Of a DNA stretch of 64,000 nucleotides, positions 47,060-56,460 are shown piece by piece. Location of the stretch: the NCBI GenBank assembly GCA_902518415.1, contig CABYGA010000001.1, positions 19,356-83,355 on the forward strand. The letters are read 5' to 3'. How positions within the stretch are numbered: position 1 is the stretch's first letter; every line of letters starts with the position of its first letter. The position numbers and the translations under genes were made by a program. The stretch is from an uncultured Pelagibacteraceae bacterium. Lineage in GTDB: Bacteria; Pseudomonadota; Alphaproteobacteria; Pelagibacterales; AG-422-B15. Under the pieces are notes generated by a model that worked only from the letters and a program-made list of their open reading frames with translations, had not been told where the DNA came from and did not search any database.

Positions 47060-48568
47060 TTATCTCGCTGCTTTTAATATTACACTTCTAGTTTCTGCAG
47101 GATCAATTACTGCATCAATTTCAAGGTGAGCTGCAGCTTCAATTGCTTTCCCTTTTTCATACAATTGATCGACTAACTTATTAAAAAGTTCTTCTCTTTT
47201 AATTTCATCTTTTATTTCATCAAGTTCTTTTTTGAACCCAAGCTTGATGGCACCTTCTAATCCCATTGCTCCAAATTCTCCAGTAGGCCATGCAGCCGAG
47301 TATACTGGTTGATGAAAACTTCCTCCAGCTAATGCTTGTGCACCCAGTCCATAGCCTTTTCTTAAAAAAATTGTGATCAAAGGTATTTTTATTTGCGAAC
47401 CTACTTTAAAAAGAGCAGACATTCTTCTAACTGCCCCTTCTTCTTCACTATCGGGTCCAACCATAAAACCAGGTGTATCGACTAGAGAAATAATTGGAAT
47501 ATTTTGAAGATTGCAAAGCTCAATAAAATTTGCAGCTTTATCAGCTGATTCTGAATCGATTGCTCCACCAAGGTGTTGACTGTCACTCGCCATCAATCCA
47601 AATGATTTTCCTTCAATGCGTATAAATCCTGTTACGATACTCTTCCCATACATCTGTTTGAGTTCTATAAAGGTATCTTTATCAGAAATGATATTAATAA
47701 TATTTCTGATTGGATAAGACCATTTTCTATTTTTTGGCATGATATTTTTTAATTGAGCCTGATCTTCAACTTTCCAATCAACTAAATCACCTTGAAAGTA
47801 AGAAAGTATTTTCTTTGCAAAATCTGTTGCTTCGGCTTCATCTTTAGCTACTAAATCAATAACACCATTTTTTTCATTTGCTTCTGATGGACCTATTTCT
47901 TTTGGGCTATAGGATCCAAGACCACCTCCCTCAATCATTGCAGGACCTGCCATACCAATCCATGAATTTTTGGTAGCTATTCTAATATCTGCACACCCAA
48001 ATAGAGCGGCGTTGCCTGCAAAACAGAAACCATTATTTATGGCAATTCTCAAGCACCTTCCAGTGAGACCTCCCCATAAAGCAAAAGTAGGGACATGTAA
48101 TCCTGCTATGCTTGTAGTGATGTCTGTATCGCCTGGTCTACCACCTCCACCTTCAGTAAATATAACAATTGGTAGTTTATATTTTTTTGCTTTCTCGCAA
48201 ATCCGATCAAGCTTCATATGATGAAAATAACCTTGTGTTCCCGCTAAGACAGAATAATCATAGACAATAGCAACGGCATCAGTTGACTCATTATCTATTA
48301 TATTACTATTAATTTTACAGAACCCGGTGATAACGCCATCACCAGAAGTTTCCATTAAAAGTTCTTCTTGGCTTTTGCGACTTTTTTGAGCCGCTACAGC
48401 AAATGCTCCATACTCAAGAAAGCTGTCTTTATCAACAAGATCATAAAGATTTTCTCTTGCAGTTCTTAGATTTAGTTTATGCCGTTTATTTTTTGCATTT
48501 TCTCGAAAATCATCAGTTGTCTTGTGTAGCCGTTCAATAAATTCATCAAAGTTTTTTTTATCTTCCAT
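47060..48568 (-). CDS. acyl-CoA carboxylase carboxyltransferase (beta) subunit-like protein
   Basis: 502 aa with duplicated crotonase-like carboxyltransferase domains (FTEGGGGRPGD; VDTPGFMVG). Confidence 0.85.
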   Translation of the reverse strand: MEDKKNFDEFIERLHKTTDDFRENAKNKRHKLNLRTARENLYDLVDKDSFLEYGAFAVAAQKSRKSQEELLMETSGDGVITGFCKINSNIIDNESTDAVAIVYDYSVLAGTQGYFHHMKLDRICEKAKKYKLPIVIFTEGGGGRPGDTDITTSIAGLHVPTFALWGGLTGRCLRIAINNGFCFAGNAALFGCADIRIATKNSWIGMAGPAMIEGGGLGSYSPKEIGPSEANEKNGVIDLVAKDEAEATDFAKKILSYFQGDLVDWKVEDQAQLKNIMPKNRKWSYPIRNIINIISDKDTFIELKQMYGKSIVTGFIRIEGKSFGLMASDSQHLGGAIDSESADKAANFIELCNLQNIPIISLVDTPGFMVGPDSEEEGAVRRMSALFKVGSQIKIPLITIFLRKGYGLGAQALAGGSFHQPVYSAAWPTGEFGAMGLEGAIKLGFKKELDEIKDEIKREELFNKLVDQLYEKGKAIEAAAHLEIDAVIDPAETRSVILKAAR

Positions 48569-48576
48569 GTGTAACT

Positions 48577-49107
48577 CTATAGCATTTTTCTCAATATCTT
48601 ATCCTTTTGAAAAGCATGATGATATATGACGGCACTCAAATGGACAGAGAAAAGAATTAAAAGAAAATAAGCTGACAACGCGTGAATTGCATAAAATTTA
48701 TCAGCAAGATCAAAGTTGTAGTAATCAACTGATGCTTTCATAATGATAAAATTTACTTCCTCGCCGGATAATAAAAGTTTACTTATGCCACTTATAGTTA
48801 TGACCAATAAAGTCATATAGAAAAGACCATGCACAACTTGAGAGGCAATAATCTGGATTTTGCTCATTGATATATTATCAATGGGCTTTGTATTAATTGA
48901 TTTCCATATCAATCTTAATAGTGTTATGTAAAAAATAGTCATACCAATGATTATATGAACATTCTCAATAGAGAGTTTAAATTCAGAAAACTCAAGATTG
49001 TCTAAATAAATTCCTAGAGGTAGTTGGAACAGTAATATTACAAAAGTAATCCAGTGGAAAAGACGTGCAAGAAATCCATAAGAATTAGTGTCATTTGTAA
49101 TTTTCAT
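48577..49107 (-). CDS. cytochrome b561 (CybB-like)
   Basis: 176 aa with 4 TM and conserved His positions (RLFHWITF; VHIIIG; AIHALS...HLSAVIYHH). Confidence 0.8.
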   Translation of the reverse strand: MKITNDTNSYGFLARLFHWITFVILLFQLPLGIYLDNLEFSEFKLSIENVHIIIGMTIFYITLLRLIWKSINTKPIDNISMSKIQIIASQVVHGLFYMTLLVITISGISKLLLSGEEVNFIIMKASVDYYNFDLADKFYAIHALSAYFLLILFSVHLSAVIYHHAFQKDKILRKML

Positions 49108-49124
49108 ATTATATAATTAAATAC

Positions 49125-49577
49125 ATGATTAATTTTTTTCAATTTCTAATCTCCTCAATTCTATCGATATTACTATTAATTGTAATTGCTTTTGCGGACG
49201 ATCACGGAAATATTATTAAGGAGAGAAAGTCACTATTTAAGCAGAATTATAGTCATGCTAAGAGAATGAGTGCTGAAATTACTAAAGGGAATAATGAGAA
49301 AGTGATTGAGCTATCACAAAAGATGAGCACAAATTATGACAAGCTTTTAGATTTATTCCCGGATAACACCAAAACAGGCTACGATACAGAGGCTTTGCCA
49401 ACGATATGGCTACAAAAAGAAGAGTTTAATACCCTAATGATAGAGACTTCAAATAAAGTTAGAGAGTTTACAGTCATTGCATACGAACTAACTGGAGATG
49501 AGTTAAAAGATGCCCAAAAGAAACTAATCTGGTCAAGTTGTAAGACTTGTCACGATAAGTTTAGAATGCCTCATTAA
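49125..49577 (+). CDS. class II c-type cytochrome (cytochrome c'/c-556-like)
   Basis: Signal peptide, helical body, and a single C-terminal heme motif CKTCHDKF; 150 aa. Confidence 0.7.
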   Translation: MINFFQFLISSILSILLLIVIAFADDHGNIIKERKSLFKQNYSHAKRMSAEITKGNNEKVIELSQKMSTNYDKLLDLFPDNTKTGYDTEALPTIWLQKEEFNTLMIETSNKVREFTVIAYELTGDELKDAQKKLIWSSCKTCHDKFRMPH

Positions 49578-49579
49578 AC

Positions 49580-50014
49580 TTAAGCTACAATTGTCATACT
49601 AATTATTCTTCTTATGCCAGGATCATTGTTTTTATAACGATGTTCAAAAATAAAAACCCCTTGCCATGTTCCCAAATCAAGCTTTTTCTCTTTAATGGGT
49701 ATATTAATACTTGTATTTGTTAAAGCTGACTTAATATGGGCTGGCATATCGTCAGGTCCTTCTTCCCTGTGTGCATAATTTTCTGACTCAGGGACTACAC
49801 GATCAAAAAAATCTAATATGTCTTTTAGAACATTTGAATCAGCATTTTCTTGAATGACAAGTGATGCTGAAGTGTGCTTAATAAATAATGTACACAAACC
49901 CTTTGCTATTCTGTGCTTTGCAATAGCCTGGTTTATTATTTCAGTGATATTGTAAAGCCCTTTGCCATCAATAGTAATTTCGAGTTCTTTTTGGATTAAC
50001 ATTTTAGATATCAA
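49580..50014 (-). CDS. yjbQ: YjbQ/UPF0047-family protein (secondary thiamine-phosphate synthase)
   Basis: 144 aa; FIKHTSASLVIQENADSNV and PAHIKSAL blocks. Confidence 0.82.
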   Translation of the reverse strand: MISKMLIQKELEITIDGKGLYNITEIINQAIAKHRIAKGLCTLFIKHTSASLVIQENADSNVLKDILDFFDRVVPESENYAHREEGPDDMPAHIKSALTNTSINIPIKEKKLDLGTWQGVFIFEHRYKNNDPGIRRIISMTIVA

Positions 50015-50044
50015 TAATTAGGAATTTAAATTAAATTTAAAATA

Positions 50045-51508
50045 ATGATAAATCATAATGAGTCATTTTCAAATATTGGATTGAATCTTAAGGCAACTTA
50101 TACCCAATTGCCTGAGATACTTTTCTCTAAATTAATGCCCATAAGTGTTAAAGACCCCAAAACTGTGGTCCTCAATAACGAATTATCCTCTGAGCTAGGG
50201 ATAGATTTTTCAGACTTATCCAGTAAAGACCTCTCTAATTTTTTATCTGGTAACACAATACCCAGTGGGATTGGTCCTTTCGCGCAAGCATATGCTGGTC
50301 ATCAATTTGGAAATTTTACAATTCTTGGCGATGGAAGAGCTCTAACCATAGGGGAGCAAAGCACTCCTAAAGGCGAAATTTATGACATTCAGTTTAAAGG
50401 ATCTGGGAAAACACCATACTCAAGGGGAGGTGATGGAAGAGCGGCTCTTGGCCCTATGCTTCGTGAATATTTAATTAGTGAAGCCATGTTCTATTTAAAT
50501 ATTCCTACCACAAGAAGTCTTGCTGTGGTTGAAACAGGAGAAAAAGTTTTTAGAGAGACACCTTTAAAAGGAGCTATCCTAACAAGAGTTGCAGCTAGTC
50601 ATGTTAGATTTGGTACATTTCAATTTTTGGCAGCTCACAAAGACATTGATGCGATGTCAAAATTACTTGACTACTGCATCAAAAGACACTTCCCAGAAAT
50701 TTTAGATAGTCCAAATAAAGTAATTAAATTTATAGAGTTAGTGATGGCAAAACAAATTGATCTAATAGTAAACTGGATGCGGGTTGGATTTATACATGGC
50801 GTTATGAATACAGACAATTCAACCATTTGTGGAGAAACTATTGACTATGGTCCATGCGCCTTCATGGATCAGTATGATCACAAAGCGGTATTCAGTTCTA
50901 TCGATTTTCAAGGAAGGTATGCCTATGGGAATCAACCAGCAACTATTCATTGGAATTTAGTGAGACTTACCGAAAGCTTACTGCCTTTAATTGATAAGGA
51001 TGAGTCAAAATCTTTAGAAGTTGCTCAGTCAACTATTGATTCTTTTAGTAATATTTTTAACAAAGAATGGCAAAATATGATGCGATTAAAACTTGGACTA
51101 ACTGATCAAAGTGAAGAAGACGAAGAATTAATTAAGGATTTGCTATCATGGATGCAATCTAAGAAACCAGACTTTACAAATACTTTTGCTAACTTGATGG
51201 ATAGTAATCATGCAAATGATGAAGAGTTTGAAGAGAATGATTTTCTGAAATGGAAAAAGAATTGGAAAGAAAGAGTTAATAATAAAGATTATTTAAATAT
51301 TATGAAAAAAACTAATCCAATTTTGATTCCTAGAAATTCTTTAGTTGAAGAAGCTCTTCATGAAGCAGAAACAATTGGAAAGCTTGATAAATTTAATGAA
51401 CTCAATAAAGTAATTGCTTCACCTTACAATATTGAAAAAGCACCTAAAAAATATTTAGATACACCTAAAAAATCTAATATACCTTACAAAACCTTTTGTG
51501 GAACTTAA
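50045..51508 (+). CDS. selO: protein adenylyltransferase SelO (YdiU)
   Basis: 487 aa; AYAGHQFGNFTILGDGRA and HGVMNTDN pseudokinase motifs. Confidence 0.9.
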   Translation: MINHNESFSNIGLNLKATYTQLPEILFSKLMPISVKDPKTVVLNNELSSELGIDFSDLSSKDLSNFLSGNTIPSGIGPFAQAYAGHQFGNFTILGDGRALTIGEQSTPKGEIYDIQFKGSGKTPYSRGGDGRAALGPMLREYLISEAMFYLNIPTTRSLAVVETGEKVFRETPLKGAILTRVAASHVRFGTFQFLAAHKDIDAMSKLLDYCIKRHFPEILDSPNKVIKFIELVMAKQIDLIVNWMRVGFIHGVMNTDNSTICGETIDYGPCAFMDQYDHKAVFSSIDFQGRYAYGNQPATIHWNLVRLTESLLPLIDKDESKSLEVAQSTIDSFSNIFNKEWQNMMRLKLGLTDQSEEDEELIKDLLSWMQSKKPDFTNTFANLMDSNHANDEEFEENDFLKWKKNWKERVNNKDYLNIMKKTNPILIPRNSLVEEALHEAETIGKLDKFNELNKVIASPYNIEKAPKKYLDTPKKSNIPYKTFCGT

Positions 51509-52263
51509 TAAACTCTAAGTTTCTTTTCTAAGCGTCTTACTAAATACGAAACAATCAGAATCAAAACTAAATATTCTATAACTAAAAAAGTATAAATTTC
51601 TAAGGGTCGATATTGACTGACTACAAGTTCATTAGCTTTTCTCGTCAACTCGTTTAAACCAATGATAGATACTAGGGATGACATTTTTAACATATATACG
51701 AATTGGTTTCCTAATGCAGGTAAGATAATTCTTACAGCTTGAGGCAGTGTGATGTGATAAAAAATCTGAAAAAAATTCATACCCATAGACAATCCAGCCT
51801 CTTTTTGACCTTTTGGTACAGCCTGAATTCCAGATCTAAAAATCTCAGCAATAAAAGGACTTTCACATATACTGAGAGCAATTATGCCAGCAGTAAATGC
51901 AGTAAAATTTAAGTTTAGTAAAACTGGTAGACCATAATAAACCCATAAAATCATTACTAAGACAGGTATTGCTCGAATAATTTCTGTATAGCCAATATTT
52001 AATGCATAGAGAGCTTTATTTTTTGAAATGCTAGCAACAGAAACAATTAAACCTAAAAGTATTGCGAATGATATCGAAATCACAGATAGGATTATTGTAT
52101 ACCCTAAGCCGCCAACCAAAAATTCAATATTTGAGAGTCCTACCTTGTTATTTGGTAAAATTACATACCAGCCCCACTGATAATTTGAAGAACATCCCAT
52201 AAATACTAAAAAAGTCAGAAGCATCATAAGAGTAGGAATTTTTTTGGTGATATTGAAATTCAT
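51505..52263 (-). CDS. amino-acid ABC transporter permease (start moved to internal ATG)
   Basis: Polar amino-acid permease family with an EAA-like loop (EAGLSMGMNFFQIFYHITLPQA). The ATG at 52263 (MNFNITKK...) avoids overlap with the divergent binding-protein gene. Confidence 0.8.
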   Translation of the reverse strand: MNFNITKKIPTLMMLLTFLVFMGCSSNYQWGWYVILPNNKVGLSNIEFLVGGLGYTIILSVISISFAILLGLIVSVASISKNKALYALNIGYTEIIRAIPVLVMILWVYYGLPVLLNLNFTAFTAGIIALSICESPFIAEIFRSGIQAVPKGQKEAGLSMGMNFFQIFYHITLPQAVRIILPALGNQFVYMLKMSSLVSIIGLNELTRKANELVVSQYRPLEIYTFLVIEYLVLILIVSYLVRRLEKKLRVY

Positions 52264-52335
52264 GATAAAAAATATAATTGTATAACTTAAATAACACGTA
52301 TAATTCTTAAAAAATATTAAAAAAAGGAAAGCCAC

Positions 52336-53100
52336 ATGAAGTTCATTCAAACCCTATTAATCTCTTTTATCCTATTTGCCTCAACGCTATCTAATGCATC
52401 AACCCTTGATGAGATTATGAAAACCGGATTGCTAAAAGTCGGAACAACGGGCGATTTTCCTGGTTGGAGCTTTAAAAACCCTGAAACAAATGAATATGAA
52501 GGATATGATATTGATGTAGCAAAAAAATTGGCTGAAGATATGGGTGTTGATATTGAATTTGTTGCTACTGATTGGAAGAATCTTGTTACAGGTGTAGTAT
52601 CTTCTAAATATCATATGACTTCAAGTGCTTCAATTACCACTAAGAGAGCACTAACTGCTGGTTATTCAAATTCATATTATGGCACAGGGACAGTCGCAAT
52701 GACGCTCTCAGAAAATTTAGAAAAAATAGGTAACTGGGATAATATTAACAATAGTGATACGACAGTTGCTGTTACTTTAGGAACAGTTTTTGAGAATGAG
52801 GCTAAAAAATCTTTCCCAGATTCAAAATTATCAATGGTAGAGGCTCCTGCGCGTGAATATCAAGAGGTTTTATCTGGTAGGGCAGATGTATCTCTAACAA
52901 GTAAAGTTGATGCAATGAAACTCATTAATTTATACCCGGAACTATCAATAATAAACATTGATGAGCCAAAGAATGCCAAGTTGTTCGCAATCTTGCTACC
53001 CCGAGACGATCAAGAGTGGATTAATTTTATTAATCATTGGATTGATGATCAAAAAAATAAAGGTTTTTTCAATCAAACAGCGTCAAAGTTTGGCTTATAA
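52336..53100 (+). CDS. ABC transporter substrate-binding protein, family 3 (polar amino acids)
   Basis: 254 aa with a signal peptide and the LKVGTTGDFPGWSF...GYDIDVAKKLAE pattern. Confidence 0.8.
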   Translation: MKFIQTLLISFILFASTLSNASTLDEIMKTGLLKVGTTGDFPGWSFKNPETNEYEGYDIDVAKKLAEDMGVDIEFVATDWKNLVTGVVSSKYHMTSSASITTKRALTAGYSNSYYGTGTVAMTLSENLEKIGNWDNINNSDTTVAVTLGTVFENEAKKSFPDSKLSMVEAPAREYQEVLSGRADVSLTSKVDAMKLINLYPELSIINIDEPKNAKLFAILLPRDDQEWINFINHWIDDQKNKGFFNQTASKFGL

Positions 53101-54434
53101 TTCCTCTGCATCAAGCTAATTTGATATATAGAAAACTTATAGACGGATGCTGCAAAAATATAGTTGATGGTCAGTATAACTAAAAACATCGTGGCAAACT
53201 CAACATTTAAATAAACTACTGCTATTGATAGTGCGCCGATAGGCAATACGATCATTCTCATCAAATTAATTATCATTTGATAATTTGGCTTTTTAAGACC
53301 TTGAAGTAATGCTGATGATATGAAGAAAATTGGATAGCATGGACCTGCGAATGCAGCAATTTTTAAATATGTTGATCCATAAAATATTATTTCTTTATCA
53401 TCACTAAAAAAATACATTATGTAGTCTGCTGAAAAGAAAATAAATATTCCGCATGTTGCCATGAAGATTGTCCCATAAAGAATCGACTTTTTATATGTTT
53501 CAAGGATTCTATTAAAATTTGCAGCCCCAAAATTTTGACCAACCAGTGCAAGAGTTGAAGCATTCAAGCCTAAGACTGGTAATAAAAATAATTGTTCGAA
53601 ACGAATAGCCGCTCCGTATCCTCCCGCAGAATAATCACCGTACATTGAAACATAGTACAGCAGAACAAAAACACCCAAACCAATAAACATCATTGAGCCA
53701 ATTGCGGGTATGGCTTGAGTAAAGATTTCTTTTTGCAAACTTAGTTTTGGCATGAAGCATTCCAGATCAAGATATTTTTTTAAGTTAGTACTATTTACCT
53801 TTACAATAATATAAATTAAGCCAACGAATTGAGAGCAAAGTGTGGCTAAAGCTATACCTTTGATTCCCATAGCAGGAATAAAAAGTGCTCCATAAATGAA
53901 TACTGGATTTAAAAATAGATTAAGAAAAAAAGTAAAAATTAAAACATTCCTTAATGATTTCGTATCTCCTTTTGAGACTAAAAACGAATTTATAGTTAAT
54001 TGTAAAAAAAATAGAGATGCGCCTAAAAAAATAATATTCATATAATCTTTTGCGTAGAAAATAATTTCAGGACTTGTTTTCAAAAAAATTAGGATAGGTT
54101 CTGTTCCATAAATGCCCACAAATGTTACTAGTGTTGATATTATTAAACTGGTGAGAATGGCTTGGGCGAGTAGAAGAGATGCTTTTTTTTCATCTCCTTT
54201 TCCAAGAGCATTAGAAATTAATGCTGTAATGCCAATTGATAATCCCGCTGTAAAGCCAATGATAATGAAGTAAATTGGAAATGATTTAGCAATGGCCGTG
54301 ATTGCGCTAGGAGATATTAAGCCAGCGAATTTGACGTCAACGATGTTATAAAGTGTTTGAAATAGGGTTCCAACACTTGAGGGTATGGCAATTTGCCTTA
54401 TTAAAGTGGAAATATTATCTTTTGTTAGGTCCAT
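53073..54434 (-). CDS. MATE-family efflux transporter
   Basis: 453 aa, 12 TM, with an N-terminus (IAIPSSVGTLFQTLYNIVD) typical of NorM-like MATE proteins. Confidence 0.85.
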   Translation of the reverse strand: MDLTKDNISTLIRQIAIPSSVGTLFQTLYNIVDVKFAGLISPSAITAIAKSFPIYFIIIGFTAGLSIGITALISNALGKGDEKKASLLLAQAILTSLIISTLVTFVGIYGTEPILIFLKTSPEIIFYAKDYMNIIFLGASLFFLQLTINSFLVSKGDTKSLRNVLIFTFFLNLFLNPVFIYGALFIPAMGIKGIALATLCSQFVGLIYIIVKVNSTNLKKYLDLECFMPKLSLQKEIFTQAIPAIGSMMFIGLGVFVLLYYVSMYGDYSAGGYGAAIRFEQLFLLPVLGLNASTLALVGQNFGAANFNRILETYKKSILYGTIFMATCGIFIFFSADYIMYFFSDDKEIIFYGSTYLKIAAFAGPCYPIFFISSALLQGLKKPNYQMIINLMRMIVLPIGALSIAVVYLNVEFATMFLVILTINYIFAASVYKFSIYQISLMQRNYKPNFDAV

Positions 54435-54520
54435 AAAATTAAGTTATATCTTCTTTTTTTGTGTATCAAATTTTTGTAAATCTTAAGTAATAGTTAATTA
54501 AATTATTATTATTAAAACAA

Positions 54521-54549
54521 TTTACATTTAGCTTATTAATCTATAAAAA
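54521..54549 (+). promoter_or_regulatory. candidate promoter of cspA with ~80-nt leader
   Basis: TTTACA (54521-54526) followed 15-17 nt later by TATAAAAA. Pattern match only, and AT-rich background makes this weak. Confidence 0.25.
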
Positions 54550-54627
54550 ACGATTAAAGATTACGTTTTTGTTCCTTTTTCTGGAGTAATACGAAGTCTA
54601 AATTAAACAAAAAGGAATAAGAATAAT

Positions 54628-54834
54628 ATGGCTACTGGTACTGTTAAATGGTTTAATCCAAAAAAAGGTTATGGTTTTGTTGCACCTGATGAAGGTGACA
54701 AAGACATTTTTGTTCATATCACTGCTGTTCAAGCAGCTGGTATAAACAGATTGGATGAAGGCCAAAAAATAAGCTACGAAGCTGAAGAAAAAAATGGAAA
54801 AGTATCTGCAGTTAATTTGCAGATTTCAGAATAA
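54628..54834 (+). CDS. cspA: cold-shock protein (CspA family)
   Basis: 68 aa with RNP1 KGYGFV and RNP2 IFVHI motifs. Confidence 0.93.
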   Translation: MATGTVKWFNPKKGYGFVAPDEGDKDIFVHITAVQAAGINRLDEGQKISYEAEEKNGKVSAVNLQISE

Positions 54835-54836
54835 TT

Positions 54837-55214
54837 CTAAGCAGCTTTATAAATCATATCTAGCCACATGGTGAATTCGTCTATTAATTCACTTGAAGGC
54901 TGGATGATTTTAACTCTTTTATCCTTTGTACTGACTTGAGTTGTAAGTGACCCCTTACTTATTTCGTCATTAATGAAGTTTATTATGGTGGCTCTTGATG
55001 CTAAATCAGCCATGTTTTTTGTTAAATATTCTTTAGTGCATTCAATTTTATTTATATCTTCATCGAAATGAAATTTCATAATCTCAAAACAAATCCTGAT
55101 CCCATAAACAGAGCGTCTAAAATGGCTCAATCTTCCAAAGATTTTTTTATCTCCAGCAGAGTCAAAAACCTTAATCTGCTGATTAACGCCTTTAAAGATG
55201 TTTTCTGATTTCAT
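54837..55214 (-). CDS. small hypothetical protein, possible winged-helix DNA-binding protein
   Basis: 125 aa. The segment LTKNMADLASRATIINFINDEISKGSLTTQVSTKDKRVKII looks like an HTH plus wing. Judged by eye only. Confidence 0.35.
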   Translation of the reverse strand: MKSENIFKGVNQQIKVFDSAGDKKIFGRLSHFRRSVYGIRICFEIMKFHFDEDINKIECTKEYLTKNMADLASRATIINFINDEISKGSLTTQVSTKDKRVKIIQPSSELIDEFTMWLDMIYKAA

Positions 55215-55350
55215 TTTCTTTTTCCTTTATTAAACTTAATAATCATATTATTTTTTATAGATAATAATTAACTATAATTGGTTGCCATATTGGCGCTTTT
55301 ATTCGATCGAGACTAATTGACTGAAAACACCCTAATTATTTGTTTCATAT

Positions 55351-55578
55351 ATGAATAAAGATAACTCATCTGTAATTTGGCAGCTTATTCAAGAAACTGG
55401 TGATAATCTAAAAGGTAAACTACCAGCACACCCTAACCATCCGAAAGGACGAAATCCATACGCTCACGTGGCTCTGATGGTCAAAAATCATTTTGGAATG
55501 TCATATAAAGATGTTTCTGATGATAAAATAGAGGAAGTAAAAGACTACCTAAACTATCTGAGAGAGAATCCTGAATGA
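55351..55578 (+). CDS. 75-aa hypothetical protein
   Basis: ORF only, with no signal peptide or TM. Divergent from the putative wHTH gene. Confidence 0.35.
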   Translation: MNKDNSSVIWQLIQETGDNLKGKLPAHPNHPKGRNPYAHVALMVKNHFGMSYKDVSDDKIEEVKDYLNYLRENPE

Positions 55579-55582
55579 GTAT

Positions 55583-56440
55583 CTAACTGTTTGGTTTCCA
55601 CTCTGGCTTACCAAAAAAAGACAAAAGTTTACTTTTAATTCCCTTGGATTTTTTGAAGTCCTTATACATTGAATGCCAGAACATAAAGGTAATTTTTAGA
55701 GGATTGAAGGTATTAACATTTTCTCGTATTCCATACCTAACTTCTTCTTGTTCCGCTGCATAGGTTCCAAATAATTTGTCCCATATAATTAAAAGGTTTC
55801 CATAATTTTTATCAATATAAACTTCATTACTGCCATGGTGCACTCGGTGATGCGAGGGCGTGATGAATATATATTCAAGAATACCAAGTTTATTAACCCA
55901 TTTAGTATGAGTTAGTAATCCGTAAAGGGTAGATACTGCGCCTGCTATAGCAGTTATAATTGGATCAAAACCTATAAGAGGCATTACTGCAAAAAAGGGA
56001 ACTTTTGTTAAAGGACCAAACCATGCTTGTCTTAGAGCGACTGTGAAATTCATTTCTTCACTTGAGTGGTGGTTCATATGTACAGCCCATAAAAACCTAA
56101 TTCTATGCGAACATCTATGATACCAATAATATATTAGATCGATGACTATAAATGTCATCAACCATACTAACCAAGTGGGCAAGAGTTCGTTAATTGTAAT
56201 AAATTTGTATTGATAGAGAAAAAGGGAGAAAAAGAAAATTGAACTCTTGGTCAAAAGTGACACTAAAACATTGCCAAATAATAGCCCAAATCCAGCAAGA
56301 GAGTCCTTTAGCTTATAATATCCAAGATTATTTATGGTTGAATATGTCACCTCAGCCGCAATAAGCGTTAGAACTATAGGCACACCGTAAAAATATATAT
56401 CTAATTCATTCATATTCATTTCTATTGAAATATATAACAC
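55583..56440 (-). CDS. sterol desaturase / fatty-acid hydroxylase-family membrane protein
   Basis: Three His boxes (HRCSH; HMNHHS; HHRVHH). The start could instead be the internal MNMNELD. Confidence 0.8.
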   Translation of the reverse strand: MLYISIEMNMNELDIYFYGVPIVLTLIAAEVTYSTINNLGYYKLKDSLAGFGLLFGNVLVSLLTKSSIFFFSLFLYQYKFITINELLPTWLVWLMTFIVIDLIYYWYHRCSHRIRFLWAVHMNHHSSEEMNFTVALRQAWFGPLTKVPFFAVMPLIGFDPIITAIAGAVSTLYGLLTHTKWVNKLGILEYIFITPSHHRVHHGSNEVYIDKNYGNLLIIWDKLFGTYAAEQEEVRYGIRENVNTFNPLKITFMFWHSMYKDFKKSKGIKSKLLSFFGKPEWKPNS

Positions 56441-56460
56441 TAGATTTAAATGATTAAAGT

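Noticed and set aside
51505-53100. An ABC amino-acid permease and binding protein with no adjacent ATPase gene.
   Set aside because: Split ABC loci are common and the ATPase may be encoded elsewhere. Nothing in the sequence suggests decay, since both ORFs are intact.
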